Shown in pieces: positions 19,297 to 27,711 of a DNA stretch of 64,000 nt (position 1 is its first letter; the number at the start of each line of letters is the position of its first letter). The notes under the pieces were generated by a model that was given only the letters and a program-made list of their open reading frames with translations, searched no databases and was not told where the DNA came from. Source of the DNA: an uncultured Muribaculaceae bacterium (GTDB taxonomy: Bacteria > Bacteroidota > Bacteroidia > Bacteroidales > Muribaculaceae); assembly GCA_910579675.1 (NCBI GenBank), contig CAJTUF010000013.1, forward strand, positions 15,668-79,667, given 5' to 3'. The position numbers and the translations under genes were made by a program.

Positions 19297-20657
19297 AAAA
19301 ATCTCGACACAAGGATTATGCCGGTGAGCAGCGGCGCTACATACCGGAGGATAAACAATATAAGTCCATGCGCGCGGGCGCGGGCCGATCCTCGGTTGGT
19401 CACCTCGCGGCGTAGCAATCCGGGGGGCGCAAACCATCCCACATAGAGACAGGTAAACATAGCCACAAGCGGCAGAAGCATATTGGTGGCAACATCGTCG
19501 AGAAAATCAAACACCGTGGCTCCCCCGATGGTCAATCCCAGTGATGGCAGCTGCGACAGGGCGCAGACTGTCGAAAAACCAAATAGCGGAAGGAGCACCA
19601 CGATAGTTGACACCCGTCGCGGCACATCCATGCGGTCGGCCACGAATGCCACCGACACTTCAGCAATGGAGATGGTGCTTGTAAGCGCCGCAACAAACAG
19701 AAGAAGGAAAAACATCACCGACCAGACCTGCGTGGCAGGCATGCGGGCAAACACCTCCGGGAGGGTGACAAACACCAGTGTCGAGCCGCTCAGACTCTCA
19801 CCCTCAAGCGAGAAGGTGGTCACGGCCGGAAAGATGATGAAGCCCATGAGGAGAGCCACCAGCAGGTCGAGCATCGACACCGTCACTGCCGTGCGGGTCA
19901 GGTGTGTGGTGCGGGGAAAATAGCTTGCATAAGTAATGAGGATGCCCATGCCGAGGCTGAGCGAGAAGAAGGCCTGTCCCAATGCGTTGAGGAAGGTCGA
20001 CGCTGTGACGCGTGAAAAATCCGGACGCAGGAAAAACTCAAGGCCCTCGCTTGCGCCGGGCAGAGTGAGGCTCACCCCGCATAGCACCAGCAGGATCACA
20101 AATAGCAGCGGCATCATGATATTGCTCATGCGCTCTATACCCTTCTGCACCCCCACTATAAGCACAGCCGCATTTATCAGTATCACTACATAGGTAGCTA
20201 TCAGAGGATAATACCTGCTCCCTATCAGCGTGCTCATCTTACCGGCAAAAAAGGCGGAGTCGGTGTGGGCCATCGCACCCGCGCCATCATAGAGAAATCC
20301 GGAGACCGAGGCTATGAGATATTCAAGAGTCCATCCCGCCACCACCATGTAGAAGCAAAGGATCATATAGCTTGCGAGGATAGCCACGCCACCAACAGCC
20401 CACCACGGTCGCGACGCGCCGAGATTGATGAAACTGCCCACAGCATCGCTGCGGCCCGAGCGGCCGATAGCAAACTCGGCCACCATCACAGGCACCCCGA
20501 GCAGAAACACACAAGCTATATAGATAATCAAGAACGCAGCGCCCCCGTTGGCCTGAGTCTCAGCCGGGAAACGCCACACATTGCCCAGCCCCACCGCCGA
20601 GCCCACAGTGGCTGCGATGAGGCCAATCTTAGATGCAAATTGAGTAGTCTTTGCCAT
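19293..20657 (-). CDS. Sodium-dependent transporter, SNF/NSS family (second paralog)
   Basis: GSAVGLGNVWRFP and GQAFFSLSLGMG; start at MAKTTQF; -7 boxes TAATTTTG at 20718-20711 and 20760-20753. Confidence 0.93.
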   Translation of the reverse strand: MAKTTQFASKIGLIAATVGSAVGLGNVWRFPAETQANGGAAFLIIYIACVFLLGVPVMVAEFAIGRSGRSDAVGSFINLGASRPWWAVGGVAILASYMILCFYMVVAGWTLEYLIASVSGFLYDGAGAMAHTDSAFFAGKMSTLIGSRYYPLIATYVVILINAAVLIVGVQKGIERMSNIMMPLLFVILLVLCGVSLTLPGASEGLEFFLRPDFSRVTASTFLNALGQAFFSLSLGMGILITYASYFPRTTHLTRTAVTVSMLDLLVALLMGFIIFPAVTTFSLEGESLSGSTLVFVTLPEVFARMPATQVWSVMFFLLLFVAALTSTISIAEVSVAFVADRMDVPRRVSTIVVLLPLFGFSTVCALSQLPSLGLTIGGATVFDFLDDVATNMLLPLVAMFTCLYVGWFAPPGLLRREVTNRGSARARAHGLILFILRYVAPLLTGIILVSRFL

Positions 20658-20764
20658 AAGTAGCGGTAACAAATAAGCACCGGCGTCCACGCCGATGCGT
20701 CAATCCGTTGCAAAATTACTCATTTTCGCGTCAAATTCAAACCCACACATCGCAAAATTATTCG

Positions 20765-20772
20765 TAGCTTTG
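20765..20772 (+). promoter_or_regulatory. Bacteroidetes -7 box upstream of REP1 and the RAYT gene
   Basis: TAGCTTTG immediately before REP copy 1. Confidence 0.5.
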
Positions 20773-20773
20773 T

Positions 20774-20797
20774 GGAGCGTAAGCCTCCGGCTTGCGA
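20774..20797 (+). repeat. REP-like hairpin repeat, copy 1
   Basis: GGAGCGTAAGCCTCCGGCTTGCGA; stem CGTAAGCC/GGCTTGCG, 3-nt loop; preceded by GT, giving GTGG. Confidence 0.85.
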
Positions 20798-20811
20798 AAA
20801 AGAGAACATAG

Positions 20812-20835
20812 GAAGCGCAAACCACCGGCTTGCGA
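20812..20835 (+). repeat. REP-like hairpin repeat, copy 2 (degenerate)
   Basis: GAAGCGCAAACCACCGGCTTGCGA, 20/24 identical to copy 1, same orientation. Confidence 0.75.
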
Positions 20836-20851
20836 AAAAAAATAAACCATC

Positions 20852-21424
20852 ATGAATCACGACGACATAACAATAAAGCGGCGCAACCTCCCTCACTGGC
20901 ATCGCGAAAGGTGCATCCAATTTGTCACCTTCCATCTTGCCGACTCATTACCCGCATCCGTGCGCCGTGAGTTGCAGACGCTAAAAGACCTATTCGTCCA
21001 CGAAAACCCCGAGCCCTGGTCAGACGAAACCACCAAACACTTCAACTCACTCTTCCCGACCCGCATCAACGACTATCTTGATGCGGGCCATGGATCTTGC
21101 GTACTCCGCCACAAAGAGTGTGCTGCGATCATGGCAAACGCCATAGAGTATTTCGACCACGACAGATATATCATTCATAAATATGTAGTGATGCCCAACC
21201 ATGTACATGTGCTTGTCGAACTCCTGGGCAACAGTAATCTGTCGGACATCTGCAAGTCATGGAAAAATTTCAGTGCTTTGCAGATAAACAGGTTCTTGGG
21301 CCGCTCCGGACAGTTTTGGCATCATGAGTCGTGGGACAGGATGATACGCAACGAGAGGCATTACTGCAATGTGGTGGCTTATATCGACAAAAATATCCAG
21401 CAGGGTGGGGTGATGTGGAAGTAG
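20852..21424 (+). mobile_element. HUH Y1 transposase of the REP-associated tyrosine transposase (RAYT/TnpA-REP, IS200-like superfamily) type
   Basis: RRNLPHW, FVTFHLADSLP, YVVMPNHVHVLV (HUH), WHHESWDRMIR and catalytic Tyr in VAYIDKN; flanked by inverted hairpin repeats. Confidence 0.9.
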
Positions 21425-21475
21425 CCTGCTGCCGCCCGTTATCGTAAGCCGGCGCGAGCAGTTCTTTTTAAATAA

Positions 21476-21499
21476 TCGCAAGCCGAAGGCTTACGCTCC
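21476..21499 (-). repeat. REP-like hairpin repeat, copy 3 (inverted)
   Basis: + strand TCGCAAGCCGAAGGCTTACGCTCC; reverse complement is 23/24 identical to copy 1. Confidence 0.85.
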
Positions 21500-21520
21500 C
21501 ATTTTATACGTCGGCGTCAT

Positions 21521-22714
21521 TCAATCCCTAATGCCATACTTGAGCACTAACAAAAGCTCATCTTCGATTGAGTCAGCAATCGAAGATATTTGTTCTGACT
21601 TATCAAGGAGGAGCGATGGTTGATTCATAAGGGTTTCTTTATCCACAACAGTATATGCATATTTGTCGTCGACATCCATAATTAAGGGAAATATCTGACG
21701 GCCTTCGCTATACAGATTCACTCTATATATCATGTCGCGGGCTGTATCAATAACCACAGTGTGAAAAGACCTCATGGTGTTTCCCTTTCCCTTTACAACA
21801 AGGAAAATTCTATTGGATGTAGGAAGGATGCGCAACAGTATTTCTCTCGATGACTCAATTAGAATCTGCCGGTCTACAGAAGATCCCATGTTCTCTCGCG
21901 TCAAGGAATTATCGCCAAGATCAAATTGCACCAATGGAGATAAAGTTCCCATATCTTCCGACAACGAGTATATTATATTGGTTATAGCAGGAGGCACAAA
22001 CAGCTTTGATCCATCATTCATGAAAAACAAGTATCTGTCTTGCATATGAAAAGGCAAGATAATATCATCTTTGTAGGACAAGCGTTCATCAATCGTCTCT
22101 TTCTTTGAATTGAATATTACCACCTCGCCAACGCGGTCGCTGCTGATTGTACGCAATAACAGATGTGTATCTTCCCCTACACTCTCTATATGACTGAAAA
22201 ACAAGTTTGTCTCAGAATCCTTGTCAACACCGGTCGGTAGATGTGATGATTTTATGAAATGTAGATCCAAATCATACGACATCAGTTTATGCGGAGTCAG
22301 AACCTCTATAAGTCCGTTCAAAGGATCGAGTGCATACGACAGGGGCGTCGTAATCTCTTCCGGACCTTCGCCTATTATGGCATCGGAACTTACGAGATAG
22401 TTGCCGTCCTTATCAAAAAGATGAAGAAACGACCGCTTGTCTTCAATCATGAAAAGACTATCGGTCACTTGTAGGCGTGTCACTAAGTCCGGATATGACT
22501 CTCCTTCAAATAAAAGTGGCACAACTTCCACGCTTTCAAAAACATCATCGGGTGAAACGCTCTGACAATCTGTCAGATTGTAACATCTGACAGATTTATT
22601 ATCAAGTGATTGACTATAGTGGACATCTTTAGATCCACAGCCTGCAAGAATGAGTAGGACATAGAGCAGCAACACTTCATGTACTACATGAGACAATCCG
22701 GAATTCATACACAT
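21521..22714 (-). CDS. Low-GC lipoprotein, probable 6-bladed beta-propeller (TolB-like/DUF4934-type)
   Basis: Lipobox LAGC; VEVVPL, LHLFDKDGNYL, IGEGPEEI and YDLDLHFIKS are typical of Bacteroidales propeller lipoproteins; -7 box TAACTTTG at 22868-22861. Confidence 0.8.
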   Translation of the reverse strand: MCMNSGLSHVVHEVLLLYVLLILAGCGSKDVHYSQSLDNKSVRCYNLTDCQSVSPDDVFESVEVVPLLFEGESYPDLVTRLQVTDSLFMIEDKRSFLHLFDKDGNYLVSSDAIIGEGPEEITTPLSYALDPLNGLIEVLTPHKLMSYDLDLHFIKSSHLPTGVDKDSETNLFFSHIESVGEDTHLLLRTISSDRVGEVVIFNSKKETIDERLSYKDDIILPFHMQDRYLFFMNDGSKLFVPPAITNIIYSLSEDMGTLSPLVQFDLGDNSLTRENMGSSVDRQILIESSREILLRILPTSNRIFLVVKGKGNTMRSFHTVVIDTARDMIYRVNLYSEGRQIFPLIMDVDDKYAYTVVDKETLMNQPSLLLDKSEQISSIADSIEDELLLVLKYGIRD

Positions 22715-22973
22715 GATATTTGATACTATCCGTTGTTAATCAAACCAATGCCTTATTACGAGTAAAACACAGATTCAGCATGGGTAGTGCAATAATATTG
22801 AATGTATGCGGTTTTTGTTTGATCATGGCTTAATAAGGACTTGTAAACACACTCTGATGACAAAGTTATAGAATAATTTTTGATTTTTAAGCCGGCGGAT
22901 AAAAAATGATCAATAAAGCGTGAATTTGAGATGATGTTCTTCGCGAGAGGGTGATGTCTTTTCTTTTTATTCA

Positions 22974-22997
22974 TCGCAAGCCGGAGGCTTACGCTCC
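22974..22997 (-). repeat. REP-like hairpin repeat, copy 4 (inverted; direct repeat of copy 3)
   Basis: + strand TCGCAAGCCGGAGGCTTACGCTCC, the exact reverse complement of copy 1. Confidence 0.85.
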
Positions 22998-23020
22998 CAG
23001 TCACACTCCTATGCTATGAA

Positions 23021-23052
23021 TTTGGATAAATGAGGTGAATGGCGTATCTTTG
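23021..23052 (+). promoter_or_regulatory. Bacteroidetes sigma-A promoter of the fucosidase gene
   Basis: TTTG (23021-23024), 20-nt spacer, TATCTTTG (23045-23052). Confidence 0.7.
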
Positions 23053-23088
23053 CATTATATCTTCTTTATCACTTTTATCCCCCCGCTT

Positions 23089-25302
23089 ATGAGCATTTTC
23101 TCTGCTGTGGCCGCTATTGCCTTAGCTTCGGCTCCCACGGCCAACTCAGATACTATTGCCTACCGCAATACTCACGCTGTGGAACCCGGCGCCGGTAGCG
23201 ACCGCATAGCTGCTTTGGCCGCCCATACGGTGCCCACCCCGGCTCAGCTCGCTGCGCTGACCGACGGATATATTGCTTTTGTCCACTTCGGACCCAACAC
23301 ATTCACCCGGCGCGAATGGGGTACAGGCAAGGAGGATCCTGCGGTGTTTACCCCCTCTGGACTCGACACCGACCAGTGGGTCAAGGCTATGCGCGATGCA
23401 GGTATGACCAAAGTGGTGATCACGGCCAAGCACCACGATGGATTCGTGGTATGGCCCAGCCGATACACGCGTCATGGCATCATGAGCTCTCCCTTCGAGG
23501 GTGGCAAGGGAGATATTGTGGGCAGTCTGGCTGAGTCGTGCCGCAAATACGGACTCAAGCTCGGAGTGTATCTCTCACCCGCCGACCTCTATCAGATTGA
23601 AAATCCCGATGGGCTCTACGGCAATCTATCGCCCAAGACCACGAGGGTGATCCCGCGCCCCGTGGAGGGCGCGCGCCCGTTTAAGTCGGATGTTACCTTT
23701 GAGTTTGATGAGATCGACGACTACAACGAATATTTCCTCAACCAGCTTTATGAGCTGCTCACCGACTACGGGCCTATCGACGAGGTGTGGTTTGACGGTG
23801 CTCACCCCAAGCGCAAAGGGGGCCAGACCTACAACTACGAGGCATGGCGCAAACTGATCCGCACCCTCGCCCCCAATGCCGTGATATTCGGACGCGAGGA
23901 TATACGCTGGGGCGGCAATGAGTCGGGAGCCACCCGCTATGCCGAACGCAATGTTGTTGGCTATCCACACAATCCCGACACCGCAACGGTGTTTGCCGAC
24001 ATGACCGCGCCCGACCTCGGCAGCCTCGACGCTCTGGCCGGAGCGCCCTTCATCCACTATCAGCCCGCCGAGATCGACACCTCGATACGCGAGGGCTGGT
24101 TTTACCGCGACGAAGATAAGCAGAAGAGCCGTAGCGCCGACGATATATTCGACATCTACGAGCGCTCCGTCGGTGGCAACTCCATCTTTATCCTCAATAT
24201 CCCACCCGACCGCTCGGGCCGCTTCGCAGCCCGCGATGTGGAGGCGCTGGCCGACGCCGGCCGACGCATACGCGAAACCTACGGCACCGACCTGCTCGCC
24301 GGATCAGAGCTTCCCTCAGGGCTGGCCGACACCGATATCCACACCTTTGTCGAGGCATCGGAGCCGGTGGTAGTGAAGCTGCCCAAGGCCACGACCATCA
24401 ATCGCCTCACCCTCTCCGAGCCGGTGGCCGACCGCGGCGAGCGCATCGACAGCGTGGCAGTAGATGCCTTGGTGGAAGGAGTGTGGCAGCATATAGCCTC
24501 CGCTCCAAATGTGGGCTTCAAGCGCATATTGCGCTTCCCCGATGTGACCACCGACAAGCTGCGTATCCGGGTGATCGACTCCCGCCTTGAGCCTTATCTG
24601 GCCTCGGTGTCGGGCCACTATTATGCCGAGCGCCCCGCTACCCTCGCCGCCACACGCAGCGCCGACGGTATGGTGACCATTGCTCCCGCCCCCGACACTT
24701 TCGGGTGGAAACGCACCATAATGGAAAAGCCGCTCACACCCGGCACAGAAATACGCTACACCACCGACGGCTCGGTGCCAGGCCCGAAGTCGACACTCTA
24801 CACCGCTCCATTCAAGGCCGACAACCAGACAGTCAAGGCTGTGGCAATACTCAACGGCCAGACAGGCCCGGTGAGCTCCTCACGATTCGGCTACATCAAA
24901 GACGAATGGCGTCTGCTCGGAGCAACCGGCTCGGCCGACCGACACCCCGCCCAGGCGGCTTTCGACTCAGACCCCTCGACAGCATGGATCAGCGACGGAG
25001 AAGAGGTGTCGCCGACTATCGCCATTGATCTCGGCACACAGCGCCTCATAAACGGGCTCATCTACACTCCGGTGACCTCGGGAACCGACGGCATGATAGC
25101 CAAAGCCATCATAGAAGTGAGTCCCGACGGAGGCCGATGGACCCGAGCCGGCGAGTGGGACTTTGGCAACCTTGTCAATGATCCCACACCCCGCGAATAC
25201 CATCTCGACTCGGCCGCCGACGCCCAATTCGTGCGTATCACCACCGTTGCCACCACCTCCGGCACCCCGGTTTCGGCCATAGCCGAGCTCGACATATTCT
25301 GA
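23089..25302 (+). CDS. Alpha-L-fucosidase (GH29) with FN3-associated and F5/8 (CBM32-like) domains
   Basis: FVHFGPNTFT, TAKHHDGF, EVWFDGA and SIREGWFY; IRYTTDGSVP; C-terminal discoidin-like domain. Confidence 0.92.
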   Translation: MSIFSAVAAIALASAPTANSDTIAYRNTHAVEPGAGSDRIAALAAHTVPTPAQLAALTDGYIAFVHFGPNTFTRREWGTGKEDPAVFTPSGLDTDQWVKAMRDAGMTKVVITAKHHDGFVVWPSRYTRHGIMSSPFEGGKGDIVGSLAESCRKYGLKLGVYLSPADLYQIENPDGLYGNLSPKTTRVIPRPVEGARPFKSDVTFEFDEIDDYNEYFLNQLYELLTDYGPIDEVWFDGAHPKRKGGQTYNYEAWRKLIRTLAPNAVIFGREDIRWGGNESGATRYAERNVVGYPHNPDTATVFADMTAPDLGSLDALAGAPFIHYQPAEIDTSIREGWFYRDEDKQKSRSADDIFDIYERSVGGNSIFILNIPPDRSGRFAARDVEALADAGRRIRETYGTDLLAGSELPSGLADTDIHTFVEASEPVVVKLPKATTINRLTLSEPVADRGERIDSVAVDALVEGVWQHIASAPNVGFKRILRFPDVTTDKLRIRVIDSRLEPYLASVSGHYYAERPATLAATRSADGMVTIAPAPDTFGWKRTIMEKPLTPGTEIRYTTDGSVPGPKSTLYTAPFKADNQTVKAVAILNGQTGPVSSSRFGYIKDEWRLLGATGSADRHPAQAAFDSDPSTAWISDGEEVSPTIAIDLGTQRLINGLIYTPVTSGTDGMIAKAIIEVSPDGGRWTRAGEWDFGNLVNDPTPREYHLDSAADAQFVRITTVATTSGTPVSAIAELDIF

Positions 25303-25325
25303 CGCGCCTGAAATGGGGAGGCGGA

Positions 25326-26144
25326 TCAATAGTCCGTCTCCCAGGCGCTTTTCTGCCGGTCATATTTTGGAAAATTTGCCGGTGAGCCGTCGCCATTGAT
25401 TTTAACGCCCTGCGCTAACAATATGCTCTCGAGATTATTTTCATAATATTCGTGGTCGGCAAGGATTTTCAGCCTGCTGCAACGCTCGTAGGTGTCGGTT
25501 GAATAAACGGGCGGCACGGCCACCGACGTGCTCCCCACCTCTGTGGCATCGACGGTAAAGCCATTGCCTCCGTCGGCCTGAAGTATCATGCCCGGGAGGC
25601 CGCGCAGCTTCCATGGCCCGTCGCTGATAGGGATATCGGGGGCAAACCATGCCGTCCATCTGCGGCCGTGATAGTCGGAAACAGCCATGATGCAATCAAA
25701 TCCAAGGATTTTTTTTACCGAATCCTCCTCTATCTGCCATACGATCTCATCCATCGGCTCGGCGTAGCGGTAAGAGCCGCCTGCGATGTGGTCGTAGACC
25801 GTCAGGTGACCCTCGGCATTGCTTTTCTCTATATAGAGGGTGATGCTCTTTTCCGGAGCCAGCCCGAGCTTGCGGCCATCGTAGGTCACTGTGCCGTCGG
25901 GCTGCACCACCCTCCATGCCTTCATCTGTATCTCGTGGAGCTTGGCCTTCCCTTCGGGCGTCGACTCACACGAGTCGACATACTGGCTCATAGCATTGTA
26001 GTAGAGCGACTTTTCAGGACTTGCCACAAGGGTCATCTCCTTTCCATAGTTGTTGCCTACAGAGTATTTCACCACCACATTGGTCTGTGAGGCGGCAGCT
26101 GAAACCACCATCCACATGGCTGTCAGCAGTAATAGCTTCTTCAT
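25326..26144 (-). CDS. GLPGLI family protein
   Basis: WTAWFAPDIPISDGPWKLRGLPGMIL; signal peptide. Confidence 0.9.
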   Translation of the reverse strand: MKKLLLLTAMWMVVSAAASQTNVVVKYSVGNNYGKEMTLVASPEKSLYYNAMSQYVDSCESTPEGKAKLHEIQMKAWRVVQPDGTVTYDGRKLGLAPEKSITLYIEKSNAEGHLTVYDHIAGGSYRYAEPMDEIVWQIEEDSVKKILGFDCIMAVSDYHGRRWTAWFAPDIPISDGPWKLRGLPGMILQADGGNGFTVDATEVGSTSVAVPPVYSTDTYERCSRLKILADHEYYENNLESILLAQGVKINGDGSPANFPKYDRQKSAWETDY

Positions 26145-26201
26145 ATAGCGATATTAGTTTTTTTGGTGTTGACAAGTCGTATATATCATAGCCCGGCGGA
26201 G

Positions 26202-26567
26202 TCACTTCGCGGCCCGTTGCCGGTAAATTACCGTGCGTAGTCCCGGCAGCCTGAGTGTGCCCTGATAGAGAGCCGAGCCATCGCCGAGGGCAATGCATAG
26301 GGTATCGCCTCGCATCACCACCGAGTCGGGCACGGTGCGGAGCATCACATATGGCCGCCGCCCCTTGTCGGCCGACATCATCGTCCGGCGGGCATTGGGG
26401 CCGACGATCTCGACCACATGGATTTCCCCCGACTCAGCCAACCGCAGAGCCTGAGCGGCCTCTGCTCGGGCCTTGGCAACCGGGGCGATGTTGAGCGACA
26501 TGAACACAGCCGGAACTATTATCAGAATAACTGCCGCAGTGAGTCCGGCGATAGTTGATCTCTTCAT
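26202..26567 (-). CDS. Hypothetical membrane-anchored protein
   Basis: N-terminal hydrophobic helix; ATGA overlap with the GntR gene. Confidence 0.65.
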   Translation of the reverse strand: MKRSTIAGLTAAVILIIVPAVFMSLNIAPVAKARAEAAQALRLAESGEIHVVEIVGPNARRTMMSADKGRRPYVMLRTVPDSVVMRGDTLCIALGDGSALYQGTLRLPGLRTVIYRQRAAK

Positions 26568-26926
26568 TTTTTTACGTTGCGTTTTATGATTGAGCTGATC
26601 TCGTCGGGGCTGATGCCGAGCACCTCAATCTGATTGATGAAATAGGGTAGAATATCGGAATAAAACTCCTCGCGCCTGCGGCTCAGAATCGACTCGCGGG
26701 CGTCGGGCGATACAAAGTAACCCACTCCGCGCTGGCTGTAGATGGTGCCCGAAAGAGTCAGATGCTCATAAGTGCGCACTATGGTATTGTTGTTGACCGT
26801 AAACCGCCCGCTCATCTCCCTCACCGAGGGGAGCTGGTAGCCAGGCTGCCAGTCGCCACGCAATATGTTGTCCTCCACCCATGCCATGATCTGGGTGAAG
26901 ATCGGACGTGAATCTGACAGTTTCAT
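26564..26926 (-). CDS. GntR family regulator (YtrA subfamily)
   Basis: PIFTQI, LPSVREMS, VNNNTIVRTY and RGVGYFV; short 120-aa protein in an ABC operon. Confidence 0.92.
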   Translation of the reverse strand: MKLSDSRPIFTQIMAWVEDNILRGDWQPGYQLPSVREMSGRFTVNNNTIVRTYEHLTLSGTIYSQRGVGYFVSPDARESILSRRREEFYSDILPYFINQIEVLGISPDEISSIIKRNVKK

Positions 26927-27711
26927 CGGCGCAACGTCGACTCCTTGAAGTTAAAATATGCGGTTATATAAGCGCCAACAGGCACAAGCGCAAGCCATAG
27001 GCATGAAAGGATCTCGACCGCTTTCATCGGCATACACGTCCCGCCAACCGGCTGAGCCCACACGGCCTTCCATCGGCCCGTGACAGCCACCCCCTCCACA
27101 AGAAATGGATAGACCGTACGCACAGGATATTCCTCCGATCCCGGCCCCCATGTGACCACAAGCACCGCCACCACTGCTACGGCAATCACCGTGAACACCT
27201 GCCGCCAACCCGCAGCCGAGCGTATGAGGGTGATCAGTGCCACAAATGTCACCAGATAATAGGGCATGACAGGCATATGGTAGAGCGGAAGGGAGGTATA
27301 GGTCATACACTCGGCCAAGGTGGAGGCATGGCGGAGCGTAAACCCGGATATCCGCCCGGTAAGGGTCACCGCCATGTCGGCCCCGAGGAGCAGCAGCGCC
27401 GAGAGCAGCGGAAACACCACAAGCGAGCGCCCGATGGCAAAAGCATATTTCTTCCACGCCTGTTCGGGCAGGAGAAGTCCCGAATATGCCGTACGGGCAG
27501 ACGTGTAGTCGGCAAACAGAGTGGAAGCATATATCATCGATCCAAACACCCACCATTGCGCCACCCGGTGGCGTATGCCGCCCAGACCGGTGTAGCTGCC
27601 ATTGTAGCGGTAGAAAATGTAGATAGCGAGGGCCACCACAGGCATCATTGCGAGAAGGGCCGCATCGCGCTTCCAGTGTTGTGCTAAATATAGATAGGTC
27701 AGTCGTCGCAT
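26923..27711 (-). CDS. Membrane protein, probable ABC-2 type permease
   Basis: About 6 hydrophobic segments; LLLPEQAWKKY; coupled to the ATPase and GntR genes. Confidence 0.7.
   Translation of the reverse strand: MRRLTYLYLAQHWKRDAALLAMMPVVALAIYIFYRYNGSYTGLGGIRHRVAQWWVFGSMIYASTLFADYTSARTAYSGLLLPEQAWKKYAFAIGRSLVVFPLLSALLLLGADMAVTLTGRISGFTLRHASTLAECMTYTSLPLYHMPVMPYYLVTFVALITLIRSAAGWRQVFTVIAVAVVAVLVVTWGPGSEEYPVRTVYPFLVEGVAVTGRWKAVWAQPVGGTCMPMKAVEILSCLWLALVPVGAYITAYFNFKESTLRR

Noticed and set aside
20852..22714. IS200/IS605 element with tnpB or iscB
   Set aside because: The downstream ORF is a lipoprotein on the opposite strand with no RuvC or zinc-finger motifs; the transposase motifs fit the RAYT type.
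20774..22997. CRISPR array interpretation of the 24-bp palindromic repeats
   Set aside because: Copies are in both orientations with spacings of 14 bp to about 1.5 kb, there are no regular spacers, and no cas genes are present.
22756..23004. 82-aa ORF upstream of the propeller gene
   Set aside because: It starts with a non-ATG codon, runs through REP4 and the promoter box, and has no recognisable motif; probably spurious.
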